A stretch of DNA of 63,553 bases, counting the filler, from Reclinomonas americana ATCC 50394 (Eukaryota): the NCBI GenBank assembly GCA_048213135.1. It is 12 parts of 3 records of this genome, joined end to end, with 100 filler letters (N's around TTAATTAATTAA, not from the genome) between each part and the next. Parts side by side here need not be neighbours in the genome. Positions count along the whole stretch, not along the records: positions 19,294 to 23,819 come from PS015570.1; positions 23,920 to 26,659 come from PS015571.1; positions 26,760 to 34,785 come from PS015571.1; 9 more parts are not named here. One strand, given 5' to 3'. The notes under the pieces are model-generated. The model made no database searches. It was not told the DNA's origin and saw only the letters and a program-made list of their open reading frames with translations. How positions within the stretch are numbered: position 1 is the first letter of the stretch; every line of letters starts with the position of its first letter. Both the position numbers and the translations under genes were made by a program. Shown piece by piece: positions 20,915 through 33,837 of the stretch.

Positions 20915-22119
20915 CTAGTGGCACGACCACTGCCGTTGGCACCCCGACGCAAGTGAGTACGGGAACACTTCCACGACTACCGCGCTGTCTCTCTTTTGCG
21001 TGCTCACCACGAGTTTGTACTGGTTGACGTGCGTCGGGCATCGGCAGAGTTGGGCAGTTCTGCGAGAACCAGAGCTCGTGAGCCACCGTGACGAGTGCAC
21101 GGTAGGCTTCCTGTCTCTCACACACACACGCACCCCACATCGCCCCACATCCAGTCCGGCAGAGCCTTCACCGACTCGGAATTGAACACGACCGTGGTCA
21201 TGAGTGCACCGCACTCGGGACATTCGGGGTACTCAACGCCCTGAACCCACTCCGGCCACCCTCCCACATTGTCGCCGGGAGTTTGGAACGCCAACGTGGC
21301 TCTTTTCATCTGCTGTGCTCGCCGCACGCACACACAGACACGATTTCAGTTACCCGGTACACAAGCTCGACGCGCAGTCTGCGCGCACGCAACTTTGTCC
21401 ATCCGGGTTCCAGCAGGCAGCAACTCGGGCCGCAGCTTCACCTCCGAATCCATCGCGAGCGAGATGTGTTCCTCCCACCGCCTGACCCGTCGTGCGCCAA
21501 ACGATCGCGGTAACGGAGCCACTGGCAGGACTTGCTCTGACTCGTCGTTGGCGCTCAGCAGGTCGTCCAGATCCAGCTGTGCGGCGAGAGACGTGAGAGA
21601 CAGCTTCAGAATTGTGTAAAGTCGAAACGCACCATCCGAATGACACAGCATTCGCGATCATCACGGGCCTTGGCGCAGTAATGCGGCCCATAATCATCAC
21701 TCGTGCAGTAGAAGAATTGCAGCATTCCGCGACCATATTCAGCCTGAGCTTCCTCAGGCAGCTCACGCATGTTGATCTGCAAGATTTGAGTACTTTTTCG
21801 ACCTCGGGTAGAGCCGCGAGACATGAACACAACTTGGAAGAAGAACGTCAGTGACATGTTGCACTGTGTGCACACTGGCCACTGCTCGCCGGGCAGCAGG
21901 AGCGGCCGGCAGCCACCAAACGCTGACCGGAAGCGATTGGCTGGCGCGGCGCGGCGACGTGGTTGCAGTCAGTTACCAGAGAAAGGGGGGCGAGAAAGAA
22001 AGAGAAGCGCTAACTGGGAACGCACCCGGTGGACCATCCACACACACGGGAACGTAACAGGTGCGCATCAGAGGCGCCAGACGTTCTGCCAACGTACCAC
22101 GCCCGGCTTTCTCGGCCAT
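20915..22119 (-). CDS. DUF1963/YwqG-like protein, paralog A
   Basis: SAFGGCRP...QWPVCTQC..SLTFFFQINMRELP....GRGMLQFFYC, DNVGGWPEWVQGVEYPECPEC, WMWGDVG, ending WSCH*. Confidence 0.8.
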
Positions 22120-22372
22120 TTACACAAGCAACGCAGCAAACTCAAATTTCGTTGCACGACAGAGGACAGACAAACAAGACTGCGTCCCTGCTTGCTGCTG
22201 GTGGCTGGTACTCCAGTGCCTGCACGCCGACACTGCGTGTTCTCAGCCGCGATGAAGATAAAAAGCAAAACACAAAAACAAATGCTGCCACCACCACGTC
22301 GACTACAATGTGGCTCATGATCATGGTAGACAACGCAGCGGCGGTGGAAAATCAGTGCCGCGCCTCGGAGTA

Positions 22373-23562
22373 CTAGTGGCAAGCCCACTGTCATTCGCAA
22401 CCAACACCAACAAACCAACAAAGGTGTGAGTGTCAAGAACTCTCCCGCGATGGTCGCTCGTTATATACGCACCGTGAGTTTGTACTGGTTGGCGTGCGTC
22501 GGGCACTGGCACAGCTGGGCAGTTCTGCGGAGGCGGTCGTGGTGAGTGATGGCTTACAGACTCTCCACACTGCGCTGACTGTCTTGCCACAGACCCCACA
22601 TCGCCCCACATCCAGTCCGACAGTGCCTTTTCCGAGTCGGCATTGAACGCGATCTTGGTCATGCGAGCCTCGCACTCGGGACACTCGGGGTACTCAACGC
22701 CCTGAACCCACTCCGGCCACCCTCCCACGTTATCGCCAGGACTGCCGAACTGCATCATGGCATCCTCCATCTCCTGCGCACCACCAATGAATAACCGAGA
22801 AACCCTTCGCCAATGACCAGAGAAGCACACGAAACATCGTCCAGCTCGACTCCCTCCGGCAGCAACTCGGGCCGCTCATTCAGCTCCGTCGAACACGGCA
22901 GCGTATCACGCGCCTCCCACTCGCGAACATGGCGTGCGGCCAGCACCAGCGGCAACGGGGCCGCCGGTGCGACTTGCCCCACCGGCTCGTCATTCGCATT
23001 CAGCAACTCGTCGAGATTCAGCTGCTCAACGAGTACGGAAAACGCTGAGAAACGCAGAGGGAACAAGAGCGCACATGGAATTTCTCCGACACCAACCATG
23101 CGAATGAGATAGCCATCGCCATTGGCGCCATCGAAGACACCGCACTCTGTACAGAAGAACAGCTGCAGCATGCCGCGACCGTGCTGCACCTGCGCCTCAT
23201 CCGGCAGCTCTCGCATGTTGATCTGTGCACAAACACACACAATGAGCACGCACTCTCGCACTGACTCGCTCTCCCTCACACATTTGTTCGAAACTTGGAA
23301 GAAGAACGTCAGTGGCTCGTTGCATTGCGTGCACACTGGCCACTGATCGTTGGGCAGCATGAGAGGCTGACGGCCACCAAACATCGACTGGAAGCGATTG
23401 GCTGGCGATCGACATAGTGAGAGGGTGAGAGACAGCGTGTGTGTGAGAAAGACTGGTGAACACACCCGCGGGTCCATCCTCACACACAGGCACCCAGCCA
23501 GTGCGCTTCAGAGGTGCCAGACGCTGCTTGTATTCAGCGTGGTCGTCGTCGTTCTCAGCCAT
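22373..23562 (-). CDS. DUF1963/YwqG-like protein, paralog B
   Basis: Same motifs and same intron positions as paralog A, ending WACH*. Confidence 0.8.
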
Positions 23563-24073
23563 TTAATTGCAACAATCGATGGAGGACAACGATGACGGGG
23601 GGACGATGTAACAAACAAGATGCGCGTTGCGTTGTACACTCGTATGACACGATGTTTCTCTTGCCATGCTCCTCCCCCACCCCCGTCCGTCCCTCCCAAG
23701 CGCCCCTCTCTCTGTTTCACAAAAATAATAATAAAGAAAAACCCGCTTCACGTGTCGAGTACCGACCTGCAAGTGGGCGAAAAGAGTGAGTGAGGTGGTT
23801 GGTCGGGTAATCGAGAGTANNNNNNNNNNNNNNNNNNNNNNNNNNNNNNNNNNNNNNNNNNNNTTAATTAATTAANNNNNNNNNNNNNNNNNNNNNNNNN
23901 NNNNNNNNNNNNNNNNNNNCGTGACAGCATGCATGTGTAAGGGAACATCGCGTTTTTTTATACCCCGAGATCGAAGAGAGAGACACAACAGCGGCCAAAC
24001 TGCGCGTGTGGTGGCACAATGCACCACACCCGAATCCAACCACCGGGGCATCCCCATACAACGAGCAGCGTGC

Positions 24074-24844
24074 TTATTCGCCAGCGGGGGCGAGGCCCTG
24101 AGCACGGCGCTGCCGTGCCAGCTTCTTCTGCGACACCTTCTTCTTCTTCTCCACAGCGGTCGCCACAGCAGCCTTCTTCACCAACTCCGGCTTCTCGGAC
24201 AGGATGAGCTCCACGTGGCAGGGCGAGCCGCACCAGTCTGTGTGATTTCAGCGTCAGTCATCCCACATGTAACAAGTGGATGACAACGAAAATAAGCTGG
24301 GAACGCAACTGTTGATGCGACCGTGCGCACGGTACGTGCGGCGGCGGTGCGACGGGGCCTGGTTGACCTGGATGTGATCGACGACGAGGCTGTCGACCTT
24401 GAGCTCCTTTTGCTGTTGATGCAACGACAAGGAGTTGAGCATGAATCATACGCCATGCTGCATCGCTGCTACTGCCGCTGCTGCGACGTTGTACAAACCT
24501 CAGCGTTGGACTTGGCGTTCTGCAGCAGGTCGAGCAGGAAGCGGACGCTCTTCTCGGGCCAGCGAGCCTGCGAGACGTGGAAGATCTTGGCCTGCGCCTG
24601 ACGGCCGGGGCCACCAGTGAACTTGCGGTAGGGGATGGCCTCCTTGTGCTGCAGCACGTTGTTCAAGTACGCCTCAGCGCGCACCAATGACATCTTGGCA
24701 ATCGCACGAGCAGTCTCATGGGTGTTCTACACAATCACCACCAACCACCATGAGTGATCACGATTTCACACACGAATCATCGAGTCAGTCAACAAACCTT
24801 GAAGTGAGTGCGGAGGTGCGAGCCGCGTGCCTTGACGGCTGTTG
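24074..24844 (-). CDS. RPL17: 60S ribosomal protein L17 (uL22), 5' end in gap
   Basis: [61 protein letters not shown]. Confidence 0.96.
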
Positions 24845-25338
24845 NNNNNNNNNNNNNNNNNNNNNNNNNNNNNNNNNNNNNNNNNNNNNNNNNNNNNNNN
24901 NNNNNNNNNNNNNNNNNNNNNNNNNNNNNNNNNNNNNNNNNNNNNNNNNNNNNNNNNNNNNNNNNNNNNNNNNNNNNNNNNNNNNNNNNNNNNNNNNNNN
25001 NNNNNNNNNNNNNNNNNNNNNNNNNNNNNNNNNNNNNNNNNNNNNNNNNNNNNNNNNNNNNNNNNNNNNNNNNNNNNNNNNNNNNNNNNNNNNNNNNNNN
25101 NNNNNNNNNNNNNNNNNNNNNNNNNNNNNNNNNNNNNNNNNNNNNNNNNNNNNNNNNNNNNNNNNNNNNNNNNNNNNNNNNNNNNNNNNNNNNNNNNNNN
25201 NNNNNNNNNNNNNNNNNNNNNNNNNNNNNNNNNNNNNNNNNNNNNNNNNNNNNNNNNNNNNNNNNNNNNNNTGTGACGCTTGGATCTTGTAGAATTTACA
25301 CAGAGTACTTAGTGCTGCTGTGAGCGAGATGGGCAGGG

Positions 25339-26636
25339 ATGCAGGTGACGGTGAAGAAGAGATTGTCGATGATGGCAGCGTTCCCGCCAGCCTGCAATTG
25401 GATGGACAACGGATCAATCAAAGTCACTTTGGTTTGCCATACTATACGTCCAATGTCAACTGCCACCATGGCACTGTCGCCTCCAGGCGCAGCGACAGCA
25501 GCAGCAGGTGGCGGCAGTGGAAGCGGCGTTCGACGCGCACCGCCAGGGCGCCGCTCATTCGATTCCACGCGTCTTCTCAAGCCCATCGAGTGGGACGAGA
25601 AGACGGGCGGCTACGGTGTGGTGTACTTTAATCAGCTGGTGGACCCTGCAAGTTCCTCCAAGGGCACACGTGCGTGCTGCGTGCGCATCTGTGTCTGTGT
25701 GTGTCGGAACATTGACAGAGAGATGCACAGGTGGTTCGTCGCGAAAGCGACCGGAGCCAGCCGAGGATGAGGATGGAGGCGGTGCGGATGAGGAGGAGGA
25801 CGAGGATGGCGATGATGAAGACGAGGAAATGATGGTGTGCAGGCAGAATTGCAATGCATGTCACATTCGTGATCGACGACAATGATGACGATGGATGTTC
25901 TCTGCAGGATGAGGACGACGGAGGCGGGCCACTGCTGAAAGGCGTTGCTGGAGTGATTGCCCGTGTGATGGCACGGGAGGCGAAACTGAAGAGCGCGCTC
26001 AAGTCAGCGGCGAGGAAGCACATGGAGATGCGACAAGGCCGCCGTGAAGGTCTCTCCGCTCACAGTTGTCTCTGTTGGTGCGAGGTGTCGCGCCTGTGTG
26101 CTGACCGAGTGGCACGCATGCGCGCAGGTGTCAGTGACATGATGTCGGATGACTCGGCACCGGAAGACGACGAAGACGACATGCTGATTGATGACACGGG
26201 TGTGGGCGAGTGGCTGGAGCAGGCGGTGGAGAACGATGCCGACGGCGCTCCTGACGAAGACGTGTTCTTTATGAGTATCTCTGGACAGGATTACAAACGG
26301 TGTGCTGCGCTACCTACCGACGCACATCTTCACAGTCTGACGGCCTCTCTCTCACGGTACAGAGGCACGCTGCCGACGATGAGAAAGCACATGGCACCGG
26401 AGGGCTCGGTGGCGAGCAGTTCAGGAACCACGACTATGGCCACATCACTCGGTCACAAGGAAGCGGCTGGCGGCAAGTCGAGTCAACAGTCGTGGAAGAG
26501 ATCCGCGGCAACCTCGGCGTCGTCCTCCGCCACCGAAAAGCAGCAGCGCAACGAGTATCGCGCTGTGATCAAGGAGCTCAAGGGCATTGTTGATTCACAT
26601 GGCGCCAAGGACGAGGCACGCAACTACTACCGGTGA
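25339..26636 (+). CDS. Acidic nuclear-type protein, possibly HPC2/ubinuclein-like (5' part)
   Basis: Multi-exon frame with acidic tracts. DDEDDMLIDDTG...DVFFMSISG loosely resembles the HPC2/UBN HUN motif (YD..D.FIDD...GFF...G). The family call is weak. Confidence 0.45.
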
Positions 26637-26759
26637 GCCGGTCGGGGGGTGGAAGCGATNNNNNNNNNNNNNNNNNNNNNNNNNNNNNNNNNNNNNNNNN
26701 NNNTTAATTAATTAANNNNNNNNNNNNNNNNNNNNNNNNNNNNNNNNNNNNNNNNNNNN

Positions 26760-27641
26760 ACAGTGTATCCGAGCTGCAGCAACTCGGCCGTCATCTTCTC
26801 CGCAAAGAACTTGCGATAGTGATCCAACAGATACGCCGGCAATCGAGCCGCCGTTTGCGATTGCGCGAGGATAGCTGCGGTGGTGGCGGGAGCAGAGATG
26901 GTAGTGGTGGCCGTGGTGACGGTGGTAGCGGCGGCAGATGGAGAAGCCGCCGCAGTCTGCGGGGCGGCAGCGGTGGCTGGTTTGTTGACGATTTTGGAAG
27001 TTGCGTGGCCCTGAGCACAGACAAACGAGGTCAGGATTCACACCATCACACAAGCGGCCGCATTGCCCGTACCGTGCCCGTTCTGATGACAGTAACAGCG
27101 GATGCCGCCGGAGAGGGCGGTAATAGCATTGGAGACGGCGACGCGGGATCAATGCCAGAATGAGATTGACCGGGGGCGGCTTTCGATTGTGTTTGAGTGC
27201 CGCTGGGTACTGGACTCGCTGATGCGCTGGACGGAGTGGGCGTTCCGGTGGTCTTGGGATTCACTGCACAGCCGGTGGTCGAGTGAGAGAAAGAAAGAGA
27301 GAGAGAGAGAGGCAGAATGGAGTGCCACACAAGCATCACGCACGCTTGTCGCGAACGGCTGCATGCCGCAGCGCCAACTTTGGTCTGTCGACCTTGGCCT
27401 CTTCCGGGAACAACTCGAGCATGCGCGGCAACAGTGAGGCCTCGTAGGAACGCGAGTTGATGCTGCGGTGGTGTGCTTCGTCAATACAACAGCACCTCAA
27501 AAGCAATAGCAGCAGCATGATTGGTGACGGCGGACGCAACGCATTCTTGCGCTCGTAGATCTGATGAATGATATTGTCGATGTGCGAGGTCCACGGATAC
27601 CGCACACGCAGCCGGTCGGCGGCATAGGTGCGGCGGAAAAA
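26760..27641 (-). CDS. Fragment of unknown protein with Ser/Thr/Ala/Pro-rich linker
   Basis: Three canonical introns join FFRRTYAADRL...KNA|INSRSYEASLLPRMLELF...|low-complexity linker...YRKFFAEKM. Possibly part of the 25339 gene on a flipped contig, with a likely last exon at 28512-28661 (+). Confidence 0.5.
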
Positions 27642-28429
27642 CTGCACACACACACANNNNNNNNNNNNNNNNNNNNNNNNNNNNNNNNNNNNNNNNNNNN
27701 NNNNNNNNNNNNNNNNNNNNNNNNNNNNNNNNNNNNNNNNNNNNNNNNNNNNNNNNNNNNNNNNNNNNNNNNNNNNNNNNNNNNNNNNNNNNNNNNNNNN
27801 NNNNNNNNNNNNNNNNNNNNNNNNNNNNNNNNNNNNNNNNNNNNNNNNNNNNNNNNNNNNNNNNNNNNNNNNNNNNNNNNNNNNNNNNNNNNNNNNNNNN
27901 NNNNNNNNNNNNNNNNNNNNNNNNNNNNNNNNNNNNNNNNNNNNNNNNNNNNNNNNNNNNNNNNNNNNNNNNNNNNNNNNNNNNNNNNNNNNNNNNNNNN
28001 NNNNNNNNNNNNNNNNNNNNNNNNNNNNNNNNNNNNNNNNNNNNNNNNNNNNNNNNNNNNNNNNNNNNNNNNNNNNNNNNNNNNNNNNNNNNNNNNNNNN
28101 NNNNNNNNNNNNNNNNNNNNNNNNNNNNNNNNNNNNNNNNNNNNNNNNNNNNNNNNNNNNNNNNNNNNNNNNNNNNNNNNNNNNNNNNNNNNNNNNNNNN
28201 NNNNNNNNNNNNNNNNNNNNNNNNNNNNNNNNNNNNNNNNNNNNNNNNNNNNNNNNNNNNNNNNNNNNNNNNNNNNNNNNNNNNNNNNNNNNNNNNNNNN
28301 NNNNNNNNNNNNNNNNNNNNNNNNNNNNNNNNNNNNNNNNNNNNNNNNNNNNNNNNNNNNNNNNNNNNNNNNNNNNNNNNNNNNNNNNNNNNNNNNNNNN
28401 NNNNNNNNNNNNNNNNNNNNNNNNNNNNN

Positions 28430-28471
<42 letters not shown>

Positions 28472-28688
28472 GTCAACGGTGTGTTTTTTTCCTGAATTCC
28501 CCCTGGTGCAGGAACAAGCCCGAGAATACATCGAATCACAGGCGGTGAAGCATGCCAAGGACCATGTGCAGGCCACCAAGCGCTCTCACTCGCAAGCCAG
28601 TGGTGCTCGTGACTCGAGTTCATCACCAGAGCGCAAGCGGCAAAACTCCGGCACTGAATGAATCCAACAAAAAAAATTTACAACGGGT

Positions 28689-29643
28689 TCACTTGGCAAT
28701 GTCGAGAAGGAACACCATTGTCTGCCGCTCGGCACCTCGCGCAATGTCCTGGAGGAAACGATGGAATTGTGAAATTGGCGAGCACCTTAGGGGGAGGAAA
28801 ACCAACGTACCACCAGATGCGGTGTGGCGGCAAACTCGGAGGTTGCGGCAAGCAGTGGCAGTTTCTTGCCGATGAAGATACTGCGGCGGGTGGAAGAGAG
28901 CACGTGAGAACGAGGTGTGCACATAGTGGTGCAAGGCAAGAATAAGAATGCACTCACGCCAAGTCGAATGGTTGCACGATTGAGTGCGAAAAATCCTCCG
29001 CCGCCACAAACTCATTAGTCTGCCGGTCCACGATTTGCAGGCCTGGCACATCGGAGAGCACACCAATGGTGAGAATACCGGTGTCTTCGTGCACCTCGCA
29101 CGCCAGTCGGTTGTGCACGTTGCGCAGGTAGTGTATCAACGACACGCTGCTCTTCTCAAACGAGAACTCTCGAATGGCGTCAAAGGTCTCCGCCGGCAAC
29201 AGTGGCGGTTCGCCGACGCGCGGATCCGCTGTGTGCTGCACAATCGCAGTGAACGCCCCCCATGCCACGCCGTGCAGCACACGAAAGGCTTCCTGATACA
29301 GCGCTTGCAGCTGAGGTGGTCGACTGGGAATCACGGCCGGTGGGTCACACGGCCGCATCTGCCATTGCGTGTAAGAACACAGTGAGGCGGCATCTTCCGA
29401 CACATCTCCACCGACGACCTTGATGTACTCGCGAACTCCCGGCACCGTGACGTAGCCGAGATTGGGTGGGAACTCGAGATGCTCACGCGATGGCACACAC
29501 TGCGACTTTTCCTCGTCGCTCAACTTGAAAAACTCGTCACTCGCGCGTCGCAAGTCCACCAGTATCTGGCGCTCGGCAGGTGGCAGACGAATCAAAGCGT
29601 AGCCGTAGTGGGCGAGAGAATCGCGAATCGAAAGGTGTGCCTC
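28689..29643 (-). CDS. 2OG-Fe(II) dioxygenase domain (IPNS/DIOX-like), probably the C-terminal module of the upstream SagB gene
   Basis: YGYALIRL N-terminal motif, HEDTGILTI (HxD), GLQI, distal His in ATPHLV, R-Q-T at the RxS position. Stop TGA ends at 28689. Confidence 0.85.
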
Positions 29644-29734
29644 CTTGTGTGCTGCGCGGTGGTGAGCACGATTGGCCGCCATCGGTGCGACAACAGTGCG
29701 TGTGTGTAGCGACGCAACACAAATGACAGCAAAC

Positions 29735-32700
29735 CAGGTGCTGCGCGTGTGAAACCACGATCGACAGCGCCTGCCGCACCAAGCAGTGCGGCAACCCTTG
29801 CTGCTCCGACTCTAGCATCACCAGCGCGCGTCGAAGGCATTCGATCTCCGGTCGCATGGCGAACGGAATGGGAGACGCCTCGGCGTGCTCGTCCACCAGT
29901 GGCACGGACGACAACACCGGCTGTTGCACGGGAACAATAGCGCCGAGTGCGGGCAGTTCTGTGGCGTCAACAGAGCGCCCGGTGGCCAACTGGTGTTGTA
30001 CTGCAGGCTCTGGTGCATGAGTACTCGATATAGTCACGAAGGCCCGACAGCAATAGACACACACCTCGCGGATCGTGCAGACCGCGACGAATCAGATGCA
30101 AGGTATCAGCGTCAACGTTGTCCACGTGGAAGAACGGCTCCTCGTCCGGGCACTCGAGCAGCTCGTCTTGATTGGCGACACCAGCCGCAAACATGTAGAC
30201 GCACACTGTGCTCATGTCGGACTGCGGACAGACACAAAGAAAGGCACGTGAAAAACTCGGGGATGTGACACAGGCAGGCGAAACACACAGAGCAGAGTGG
30301 AACCTGAGCGGGGTAGTCCACCACCAAGTCCGAGAACGTGTTACGCACGCGCTCATCCAGGTAGCACCCCATACCGGTGCCGGAAAACCCGCGACGCTCG
30401 AGTTCTGCAACAGCAGGTGAGAGGCACATGAAATCAAATTCATAATAATCCACCGCAACCACACCGATGTAGGCTACGTGCGCAGCCACTGCAGCAGTCC
30501 AGTGCACCCTTCGATACCATACGCCCGCCGACACAGGCTGCTCGGCAACCGCAACGGCGTCGCTGCGAGGAATGGGAGCCAGGAAACACAAGCAGAACGA
30601 TGAGTTGCGCAGAAAGTTCTGGCGACAACTTAAGCTGAACGCGAGTTGTGAAGCCTCCTCCTCACTCAGCTGCACACGAGAGGTGTGAGAAGAGAGGATA
30701 CATGGGTGTAATAATCGTCTGTGCGGCATCCGTCACACACCGACGACACCAGCCGCAGCTGCGGCAAACTGGGAACGATGGGATCACCCGACACCCGACG
30801 GTCGACATCCACAGACGACGGACCCGTCGGAAGCACATACACGCCGCTTTCGAGACCATCCACTCGCGTCACAACGATGCCGACGGTGAGTGGCACAGTG
30901 TGGAGTTGACTGGCCGTACCGCTCCACACCGAGTCTCGCTCATGTGCTCTGTCACGAGCCGCAATGCTTTCGAGAACAGCCACCAGCGTCTCCAGAGTCA
31001 CCGTTCCTCCCGCGGCAAACTCGGTGGCCGATCGGCGTTTTCGCACAATGTGCATGAACGAATCGCTCGCGTCAACGCTTTGCAGGCGTGCATCTGTGCG
31101 ACAACCAGACTGTAGTCAGCTGCAGCGATCTCATACCAAACGGCATGCACCATGCATGGCGCGCACCAACGAGTGGGACGTGCACGTCGGGCATCTCCGA
31201 GGGATCGGCATCTGGTCGTCTCTGCTGCGGAGCGACATCACCGGCGACGACGTGCTGCTGTGCACATGCTTGCTCCGCCATGTCGACCAGTGGCCAGTGT
31301 GTGAATCGCTCGCTCACGGGTAGTTTTCGCCCCGACAGTACTGCAACATCACCACACGCACTGTTATTGTCGGCCGTCACCACGGAACGCACTGAGCAAG
31401 AAGAATGGCCGTTGTCTGTACCTGTGCTACTGCGATATGCGGGGAGTAAAGTGTCTCGCCACTGCGCCGACATGCAGACCGGCTCCGAAACAGCCGAGTC
31501 GACTGCTGTTGTGTACACAGCCAGCACACACACAGACTTTTCGCGTTCCACATCGGCCACCGGATGGTGCTCGTCTCCAATCAGCACACTGACATCGTCG
31601 TCAGTGACATTGTTGACAACTCGCACACACCAACCAAGCGCAGCGGCTGCGTAGCCAATGGCACCAAGTACGTGCCCTATGACGAACATCGTGTATCAGT
31701 TGTTATCAGTGCGGCACAACAACGCTGCCGCCCAGCAGCGTGTACCTTCGTCCAACAGGCAGTATCGCAGGGCACGCTCGCCATACTTCCACACCTCACG
31801 CCAGTGCACGGAGGTAATTACCAGCAGAAAAGACGGCGCACTCGGTCCTCCAACACAGCACCTGCAAAGTGGAGAGCACGGTCGCACGTGAGCGTTGGCT
31901 GAACGGAGAGGGCCACATAATATCGTGTTGATGCACACGGACCGCTGAAACTCAAGGAACATGTCGTGTGGCATTGGCCGTATCACTTCCAGCGCATGCC
32001 CGACACTGTGGTAGTGGTACACAGCAGGCTGCCGCACACTCTACGCACGCATAGCAGTCACTCATCCGAGAGGCGCAGTTGACAACACCACCGCACGCCA
32101 AACGAACCTGCTGCTGCCGCTGATCGACGAGTGCGCGCACGCGCGTACCGAGTCCCGGCACAACCGGCAACACGGCGTAGCATTCGACGGGGAAGAGGCC
32201 ACCGCTGGATGGATTCACACGCTTGGTGTACGAACCAACAGAGCCACGCTTGCGTGCCGACACGGCGAGACTCGTGTAGAAAAACTCGGACAGCGAGACA
32301 AGATCCAGTGGCTGATCTGTTGGTGGGTGTGTCGTTAAGTGCGTGAGTGTGAGAGAAGCAAGTGTTTTGCCAACGCAACGAGGCAACTGGCCACTGAACA
32401 AGGTGGTGAACCGCGGCGACAAGTGCTGCTTGCGATCAAAGCGAACAAGGGGAACAACACGAGCTCCGAGATGTCGCATGAATGGCTGCGGTTGGTTGGC
32501 CCACTCTGCGCATTGGCACGCATCGCAGCAAGAGTCAGCAATCGCAAAGCTTCCTAACGGTGCCGAAGGGAGTGACCGACCTCGCCGCAGAGTACGCGCA
32601 GCACCTTCGTCCGAGTTGCGCGTCTCGCAGTGATAGAACCACAAGGCGGCTGCCGGAGTCGTTTGTGCATCCGGAAGCTCGACGCCAGGTCGCAGCGTGA

Positions 32701-33415
32701 TGCTGAGCTCCTGCTCTGCACTGCTCTCTTCTGCCTCACGACCACCCACAGACTGAGTGAGCACTCACAGCACTTTGAAAGAAGACAACTGCGACAACAA
32801 CAAACCATTCTGCTGTCGCCGCGCTCGCACCTCTCGCACTCGCTGCAGGTCGCGTTCATACGCATCGTGGAGTGCCGTCACATGGTCCAGCAATGCTGCG
32901 CGGCGATCGTCGGAGCACAGCACACGCGTGTCTCTGTCGTTCGCGGCAACATGATCGATCGGGATGGGTGAGAGTGCGAGGAATGATCGTATTCTCCACC
33001 GACGACGCGCACCTCAGCAGCTGATCGACTCCCTGCGGCCCCAGAAGGAGAAGCTGCTTCCCGTCGAGAGACAAGTGGCTGTGCATTTATACGCATCGAT
33101 GAGCGAAAATAGCAGAAACGCCCAGGCGAGTTCTGCTGCGCAACTCCACCAGGCTCTCGACAAACTCTTCGCAGCCGACAGAGCGCAACCACGCGGCAAC
33201 GACCTCTGGCTCCCACAGCTCGGGCACTGTGAGAGAGGAGGTGGGAGGACGACCTCAATGTGCATTCCAATTTGTGCTTCATCACCTCTAGCGTACTCTT
33301 CCAGCTCCGCAGCGATCAGGGCATCGCCGGTCAGCGGTCCTGCGTCGCGCGCTTCTCGTTGAACAGGTGCTGCATCGCTTCCGCTGTGGGCGGGCGCTGA
33401 TCGGCCTGCTCCCAT
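29735..33415 (-). CDS. Predicted N-myristoylated SAM-domain + tandem SagB/ThcOx-type FMN nitroreductase protein
   Basis: Starts MGAGRS (MGxxxS). SAM-like LWEPEVVAAWLRSVGCEEFVESL...LDGKQLLLL. SagB-type motifs EWANQPQPF, RVNPSSGGLFPVECY, WREVWKYGERALRYCLLDEGH. Second domain IVRKRRSA...TGMGCYLD. All exons join through GT-AG introns. Confidence 0.85.
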
Positions 33416-33837
33416 TGGTTGCTTGGAGAATGTGCGATCGAGTGGGACGACGGACGGGNNNNNNNNNNNNNNNNNNNNNNNNNNNNNNNNNNNNNNNNNN
33501 NNNNNNNNNNNNNNNNNNNNNNNNNNNNNNNNNNNNNNNNNNNNNNNNNNNNNNNNNNNNNNNNNNNNNNNNNNNNNNNNNNNNNNNNNNNNNNNNNNNN
33601 NNNNNNNNNNNNNNNNNNNNNNNNNNNNNNNNNNNNNNNNNNNNNNNNNNNNNNNNNNNNNNNNNNNNNNNNNNNNNNNNNNNNNNNNNNNNNNNNNNNN
33701 NNNNNNNNNNNNNNNNNNNNNNNNNNNNNNNNNNNNNNNNNNNNNNNNNNNNNNNNNNNNNNNNNNNNNNNNNNNNNNNNNNNNNNNNNNNNNNNNNNNN
33801 NNNNNNNNNNNNNNNNNNNNNNNNNNNNNNNNNNNNN

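Noticed and set aside
28658..28945. Plus-strand Cys-containing ORF resembling a zinc ribbon
   Set aside because: It is the antisense shadow of the last two exons of the 2OG oxygenase, which splice cleanly on the minus strand.
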